Of a DNA stretch of 64,000 nucleotides, positions 58,316 to 64,000 are shown piece by piece (position 1 is the first letter of the stretch; each line of letters opens with the position of its first letter). The stretch covers positions 160,001 through 224,000 of the forward strand of contig CBDHHL010000049.1 of assembly GCA_965263355.1 (NCBI GenBank), written 5' to 3'. The translations under genes and the position numbers were made by a program. Origin of the DNA: Leptolyngbyaceae cyanobacterium. Lineage in GTDB: Bacteria > Cyanobacteriota > Cyanobacteriia > Phormidesmidales > Phormidesmidaceae. The notes under the pieces are model-generated. The model was not told the DNA's origin and did no database searches. It saw only the letters and a program-made list of their open reading frames with translations.

Positions 58316-59840
58316 TACAGCAGGTCCTTGCAAGGTCGATCAGCATTATATGCTGCCGTCCTCAGATCGATTGCCTGCGTTAGGGCGGCTGATTGCTCAG
58401 CAAGGCTACTTCGTTATCCATGCGCCGCGTCAAACGGGTAAAACAACGGCCATGCTTACCCTGGCGGAGCAATTGACCCAGCAGGGACGATATGCCGCAC
58501 TGATGGTTTCGGTGGAGGTGGGAGCGGCCTTTTCTCAATCGCCTGAAAAAGCTGAGGCTGCTATTTTACGAGCCTGGACCGATGCTGCCAGTTTCTGGCT
58601 ACCGGAAGACTTACATCCCCCTGACTGGAGTGGGTGTCATTCTATTGGTCAAGCGTTGCGGCTATGGTCAGAGCAGTGTCCTCGACCGATTGTGTTATTT
58701 ATTGATGAGATTGATGCACTGCAGGATGATGCGCTGATATCGGTATTGCGTCAGCTGCGGGATGGCTATCCTCGACGTCCGAAGGGGTTTCCTCATGCGT
58801 TGGCGCTGGTGGGCCTGCGGGATGTGCGAGATTATAAAGTCTCGACGACAATTGCTCAGCGGTTAGGGACGGCGAGCCCGTTTAATATCAAGGTAGAGTC
58901 TCTGACGCTGAGAAACTTTACTGAGGCGGAAGTGGCCACTCTCTATGGGCAGCATACGGCGGAGACGGGACAGGTGTTTGCTGCCGATGCAATTCAGTGG
59001 GTCTATGGGTTAACCCAGGGGCAGCCATGGTTGGTGAATGCCCTGGCTCGACAAATGGTGGAGGAGCTGACCCCGGACCCGCAGACTGAGCTAACGGTAG
59101 ACCATGTAGACCAGGCAAAAGAGATTTTGATTCGGCGGCAGGATACGCACCTGGATAGTTTGGCGGAGAGATTACGGGAGCCACGGGTGCGGGCGATTAT
59201 TGAGCCGATGTTGGCGGGGCAGGAGTTGGGGCCTGTTTCTAATGAGGATATTCAGTTTGTTTTGGATTTGGGGCTGTGTGTGATGAGTCCCCAGGGTGGG
59301 CTGATCATTGCGAATCCGATTTATCGGGAGGTGTTGCCACGGGTGTTGGCGGTGCCGCCGATGGCATCGATGCCGCAAATTGCGCCCACGTGGTTAACGG
59401 CTGAGGGCACTCTGGATATAGATACGCTGCTGGATGCGTTTTTGGTGTTTTGGCGACAGCATGGAGAACCGTTGTTGCGTAGTGCGGCTTACCATGAGAT
59501 TGCACCATATTTGGTGTTGATGGCGTTTTTGCATCGGGTGGTGAATGGTGGCGGCACTCTGGAGCGAGAATATGCGCTGGGTACGGGGCGGATGGATTTG
59601 TGTTTGTCTTATGGTGAGGTGCGGTTGGGGATTGAGCTGAAGGTGTGGCGAGATGGACGACCGGATCCGGCGTTGGCAGGGGTGGATCAGTTGGTTGGGT
59701 ATCTGCGGCGTTTGGGGGTAAGGCAGGGATGGCTGGTGGTGTTTGATCGTCGTCAGGGGCTGCCGCCGATTGAGGAGCGGGTGACGGTGGAGGATGTTCA
59801 AGAGGCAGAAGGGTTCGCGGTGACGTTAGTGCGAGCGTAG
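58299..59840 (+). CDS. P-loop (AAA-like) ATPase with C-terminal PD-(D/E)XK-like domain
   Basis: FNTAGPC, Walker A HAPRQTGKTT, Walker B LFIDEID, C-terminal REY..G.GRMDL...IELK. Confidence 0.88.
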   Translation: MARWFNTAGPCKVDQHYMLPSSDRLPALGRLIAQQGYFVIHAPRQTGKTTAMLTLAEQLTQQGRYAALMVSVEVGAAFSQSPEKAEAAILRAWTDAASFWLPEDLHPPDWSGCHSIGQALRLWSEQCPRPIVLFIDEIDALQDDALISVLRQLRDGYPRRPKGFPHALALVGLRDVRDYKVSTTIAQRLGTASPFNIKVESLTLRNFTEAEVATLYGQHTAETGQVFAADAIQWVYGLTQGQPWLVNALARQMVEELTPDPQTELTVDHVDQAKEILIRRQDTHLDSLAERLREPRVRAIIEPMLAGQELGPVSNEDIQFVLDLGLCVMSPQGGLIIANPIYREVLPRVLAVPPMASMPQIAPTWLTAEGTLDIDTLLDAFLVFWRQHGEPLLRSAAYHEIAPYLVLMAFLHRVVNGGGTLEREYALGTGRMDLCLSYGEVRLGIELKVWRDGRPDPALAGVDQLVGYLRRLGVRQGWLVVFDRRQGLPPIEERVTVEDVQEAEGFAVTLVRA

Positions 59841-59863
59841 ACGATGGGGCATCGTACTTTAGT

Positions 59864-60217
59864 TCAAAGCGGAATATGAATGATTTGGTCTTGAAATTCG
59901 CTGTCATCTGCCAACTCTGAAATCAAAATCAGATCGTCCAAAATAGCTTTAATGGTTGCTTTTGGGCGGAATGCCAGAATACCTGGGATATGTTTTCCTT
60001 CAGCCAGGTGATCGGCTAAGTGTACAGGCATGGAGGCCCGGTTATTGGTGACAAGAATAAAGCCATGCTGTTCGCACCAGTCTAGAATCATGGGGTCCTG
60101 AGTGCCTCGTTCAGGTGCTGCTGGATCACCTATCATCCAGACGGTGAGTGATGGAGCTAGGCGAGATAGTTGAACTCGATAGAGTGTGGGTAAGTTCTCG
60201 TCAAGCAGAAACTTCAT
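59864..60217 (-). CDS. DUF5615 PIN-like toxin (VapC45-like)
   Basis: MKFLLDENL...GTQDPMILDW...ILVTNN...H.PGI. Confidence 0.85.
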   Translation of the reverse strand: MKFLLDENLPTLYRVQLSRLAPSLTVWMIGDPAAPERGTQDPMILDWCEQHGFILVTNNRASMPVHLADHLAEGKHIPGILAFRPKATIKAILDDLILISELADDSEFQDQIIHIPL

Positions 60218-60560
60218 GGCCAGCAGACTGTTCGATAGAGACCGTAGATTGACGTTCTGCTTTTAACTGCATCAGTTGTTTTACGAATGGGCTTGGATTT
60301 TGGTCCTGGGCTTGTTCAGCTTGGAGGCAGTATTCTAGCCAAGTTTTGAGGTATTGACTGATGTCGTCATGGCGATGCCAGTAGTATAGAACGGTGGCGT
60401 AAACTTGCTCCAGGGTCAAGCTGGTATAGGTTTTGGCGATTTCTTCGGGGGTGCGGCAGCGGTAAATGTATTCGTAGAGTATTGTTTCGATGCCGATACG
60501 GGTGCCTCTGAGCCGAATGTCGTTGTCGGCCAGGAAGTCGAAATAGGCTTCTAACTGCAT
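60201..60560 (-). CDS. DUF433 antitoxin (VapB45-like)
   Basis: IRLRGTRIGIETIL...TPEEIA..Y.SLTLEQVYATVLYY. Overlaps the PIN gene. Confidence 0.88.
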   Translation of the reverse strand: MQLEAYFDFLADNDIRLRGTRIGIETILYEYIYRCRTPEEIAKTYTSLTLEQVYATVLYYWHRHDDISQYLKTWLEYCLQAEQAQDQNPSPFVKQLMQLKAERQSTVSIEQSAGHEVSA

Positions 60561-60825
60561 GTGTCTGAACTCCAGCGGGTTAAGGCTCTTTTATTATAGA
60601 ACTGAGATGCAGTAGGTGCGATCGCATAAAGGAGTCGGCAATCAGATCCCATAGAGGAGTCGGTAATAAGGTTACACCCACCCTGTTCTCCCTTGTCCAT
60701 CCACCCATGCACTCATTCCCCCTAACGCTTCTGACATTCAGGAAACAGGCAGTATAGCGAAAACTTTTGCTGAAGTTGAATAAGTTCGGGGTATCAACTC
60801 TAGCCGGGAAATTTAGGCTGGGGCT

Positions 60826-60860
60826 GAAGTCGGAAATCAGAAGTCGGAAGTCGGAAGTAG
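60826..60860 (+). repeat. Heptamer tandem repeat x5 (GAAGTCG)
   Basis: GAAGTCG GAAATCA GAAGTCG GAAGTCG GAAGTAG. Confidence 0.8.
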
Positions 60861-60967
60861 ACCGGATTACAGGCTTTAATGACTGAACTGTAAATCCAGC
60901 AAAATGTCCCGCGTTAAATTGGTACCCTAAGTTCGGGCTGCTCAGCGCCATAGACTGGCAGCAACCT

Positions 60968-63900
60968 TTGATTGAGGCTTCCTTGTCTATGCGTCATTGT
61001 TCTATGAGTGGTTTTAAGTGTCTTGGCTGGTTTGGTTTAATGGCAGCGGCTGTGCTATTGCCTGTGGAGACGGCTATGGCATTGCCTGCTGAGACATTGA
61101 CTAATCAGGCAATGTCGTTAACAAAAAAACAAAATGATCAGATTTCCAAAAGCTTTACAAAAATGCCGTTCGAGATAGCAGAAGCAAATGCTGAAACAGA
61201 AATTAAGAAAGAGCAGGCTAGACAACTTTTTCAAACAGGTGACGCTTATTTCGCTCAAGACAGATATCAAGAAGCATTACAGCTATATGAGCAGGCTTTA
61301 GTAATTTATCGTGAAATTGAAGATCAGGTAGGTGAAGGGCAAACCCTTAACAATATTGGTAGTGTCAATGCTAGTTTAAGCCAATATGAGCAAGCTTTAG
61401 AATATTATGAACAAGCTTTGATAATTGTTCGTACGATTGAGTACCGTGTTGGGGAGTGGCCTATTCTCAATAATATTGGTGATGCATATAATAGTCTAGG
61501 GCAGTATCAGCAAGCACTCGACTATTATGAGCGTGCCCTTGAAATTGTTTATGATTTTAATGATCGCTCAGGTGAAGCTACTCTTTTAAATAATGTTGGA
61601 CAGGTTTATCATAATCTAGGTCAATACTTACCGGCATTAGACAACTATAAACAAGCCTTGACACTTCTTCGGGAAGTTAAGGAGCGTGAAAGTCAAGGTA
61701 TTGTTCTAAATAATATTGGCCTTACAAACTATAGCCTAGGAAAGTATTGGGACGCACTAGAGAATTATCAACAAGCGCTGTCTATTTTCCGTGAATTTGG
61801 TGAGCGTGCGGGAGAAAGCTTTCTTCTCAAGAATACAGGTCTGGTTCATAACGATCTAGGTCAATATTCACAGGCGTTGGATAGTTATAATCAAGCTTTA
61901 GTAATTGCTCGTGAAATTGGAACTCGAGCAGTTGAAAGCGCTGCTCTACAAAATATTGGCAGTACGTATCATAACTTAGGTCAATATTCACAAGCACTAA
62001 ACAATTATGAGCAAGCTTTGGTAATTGCTCGTGAACTTAGAACTCGTGCAGGTGAAAGTGCTATTCTCAATGCTATTGGTAGCAACTACTATTTTCTGGA
62101 AAAATATTCACAAGCATTAGAGAGTTTTAGCCAAGCTTTAGCGATTCGCCGTGAGATTGATGACCGTGCAGGTGAAGGAATTACTCTTAATAATATCGGT
62201 GTCATATATTTTAGTTTGGATGATTATTCGCAGTCACTCAGATACTATGAACAAGCATTAACAATTAGTCGTCAGATTCGGAACCGATTAGGTGAAAGCC
62301 AATCTCTTAACAATATTGGTCAGGTTTATAGCCAGTTAGAGCAATATTCAGAATCATTAAACTATCATGAACAAGCTTTATTAATTGATCGTGAACTTGG
62401 AAACCTTGAAAGTCAAGGAACAGTTCTAAATAACATTGGCCGATTGCTAGAGGAAATGGGCTCCTCAGAATTAGCGATCCTCTTTCTTAAACAGTCAATT
62501 AATATCCGCGAAGAAATTCGCGAAAAGAATTTAGCTCTTTCCTCGGATCAACAACAATCTTACACTGAAACTGTTGCTCATACCTATCGCCAACTAGCCG
62601 ATCTTCTCCTCCAACAAGACCGCGTCCTTGAAGCCCAACGCGTCCTCGATCTCCTAAAAGTCCAGGAACTCGACGAATACCTAAATACCGTCCGAGGTAA
62701 TACCCGCACTGCCAGTGGCATCGACTACTACCAACCCGAGCAAGAAATCCTCAATCGCTATAACGAACTCCAAGCCTCCGCCATCGAAATTGGTCAACGA
62801 CTCGCCGCCCTCAACAAAAAAGATACCGAAACCGGTCTCACCAATAGCGAAACCTCTGAGCGTAATGAACTCTACCAGCTACAAAAACAACTCCGCAAAC
62901 AATTTAACGAATTTGCCGATACCCCTGAAATCAAAGGCTACATCGACCAAGCTCACCCGCGTAGACAGCACCCTCCCCATCACCGAAATCACCGGCCTCA
63001 CCGACAAACTCGACCAGCTCAACGCCGTCCTCATCTATCCCCTCGTCCTCGACGACCGCATCGAACTAATCATTACCACCCCAGACTCCGCCCCCCTCCG
63101 CCGCACCGTCGAAAATGTCAGCCGCCAACAGCTTAATGACGCCATTACCCGCTTCCGCCAGGACCTCAGCACCCCAGCCAACAATGCCAAAGCCTCCGCC
63201 TATCAACTCTACCGCTGGCTGATCGAACTCCTCGAAGCTGACCTCGCCGATGCCGGTCTAACAACAATTCTCTACGCCCCAGACGGTCCCCTCCGCTATG
63301 TGCCCCTGGCCGCCCTTTACGATTCCGCTAATCCAGACGATGGTCAATGGCTGGCACAACGCTTCCAGGTTAATAATATTACCGCCACCTCCCTACAGGA
63401 ACTGGATACCCAACCCCCCGAAAATCCCCGCATCCTGGCCGGAGCCTTTGCCGATGAAAGCGTTATCCATACGGTCAATATTGGCGATAAAACCGTCGAC
63501 TTCACCGGACTTCCCTTTGCAGGCATCGAAGTCACTACCATGGCCGATACTCTCTCTAATATTCGCACCTACCTGGACGGCGATTTTAGTCTGGCTTCGC
63601 TAGAACCCCAGCTCAACAACTTTAATATTCTCCACTTTGCTACCCATGCCTCCCTGGTCCCCAAAGACGCTGGCGAGTCCTTTATTCTCTTTGGCAATGG
63701 CGATCAGCCCACCATTCGCGATATTGCCGACTGGCAACTGGACGATGTAGACCTGGTAGTACTCAGCGCCTGTGAGACTGGACTGGGGGGCTTTGATAAC
63801 AATGGTGAACAAATTTTAGGCCTGGGCTATCAGTTTCAAACGGTGGGGGCACGGGCGGTGATTGCCTCGCTGTGGCAGGTGGATGACGGTGGTACCCAGG

Positions 63901-64000
63901 CCTTGATGAATGCCTTTTATCTGGCCTTGCGCAATGGGTTCTCAAGGACAGAAGCACTGCAACGGGCACAGCAGGCATTGATTGAGGATGATTTATCACT
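60968..64000 (+). CDS. TPR-CHAT protein, frameshifted near 62960 and 3'-partial
   Basis: About 11 forty-residue TPR units (LNNIG..Y..LGQY..AL..Y.QAL). From about 62961 the +1 frame continues AVLIYPLVLDDRIEL...APDGPLRYVPLAAL...LHFATHA...LSACETG...ASLWQVDD to the window end. Confidence 0.88.

Larger units (their letters stand above)
4515..60625. repeat. Dispersed HIP1 octamer GCGATCGC (cyanobacterial signature)
   Basis: More than 25 copies seen by eye, e.g. near 4515, 5015, 16411, 21072, 25334, 27982, 28713, 35619, 47695 and 60618. Confidence 0.85.

Noticed and set aside
60580..60951. 123-aa minus-strand ORF upstream of the toxin-antitoxin pair
   Set aside because: It spans a heptamer repeat and divergent promoter region and has no protein-like motifs.
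1..64000. tRNA, rRNA or known riboswitch genes
   Set aside because: None recognised by eye. A covariance-model search was not possible.

Overview
Filamentous-cyanobacterial DNA: HIP1 GCGATCGC octamers are frequent, and heptamer tandem repeats and PTPA-CTERM, CHAT, CHASE2 and DUF928 genes are present. (1) 1-19.4 kb is the end of a modular cis-AT type I PKS with three monomodular proteins: KS-AT-DH-cMT-KR-ACP, KS-AT-DH-KR-ACP and KS-AT-DH-ER-KR-ACP. The last one ends in a PlsC/AGPAT-like glycerolipid acyltransferase domain instead of a thioesterase. (2) 19.5-34.4 kb holds an AraC-family regulator followed by a co-oriented cluster of 11 genes that I cannot assign to a named system. It contains a signal-peptide-less S8 subtilase, a beta-propeller protein, a candidate beta-hairpin pore/tube protein, a protein with an amphipathic lytic-peptide-like segment, two small Trypco-like proteins, two disordered acidic paralogues (one with tandem YAEA[S/N]xWDD repeats) and a basic, AT-rich cargo-like protein. 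The last three share an N-terminal N[RK]Lxx[LI][ED]xxL motif. This cluster is the best candidate for an undescribed system, possibly a protease-matured toxin/particle or conflict system. (3) 35-55 kb is a signalling/exoprotein region: a PTPA-CTERM protein, an FGE-sulfatase-domain protein, two HTH-receiver regulators, DUF928, a CHASE2 histidine kinase and a TpsA/haemagglutinin-TPR-CHAT fusion. Four copies of a conserved CCTGACA-repeat upstream element and a shared leader link these genes. (4) 55.9-64 kb has an internally deleted ISAzo13-type element, an ATPase with a PD-(D/E)XK-like tail, a DUF433/DUF5615 toxin-antitoxin pair and a frameshifted TPR-CHAT gene running off the window. All family calls come from motif recognition by eye; no database searches were run.
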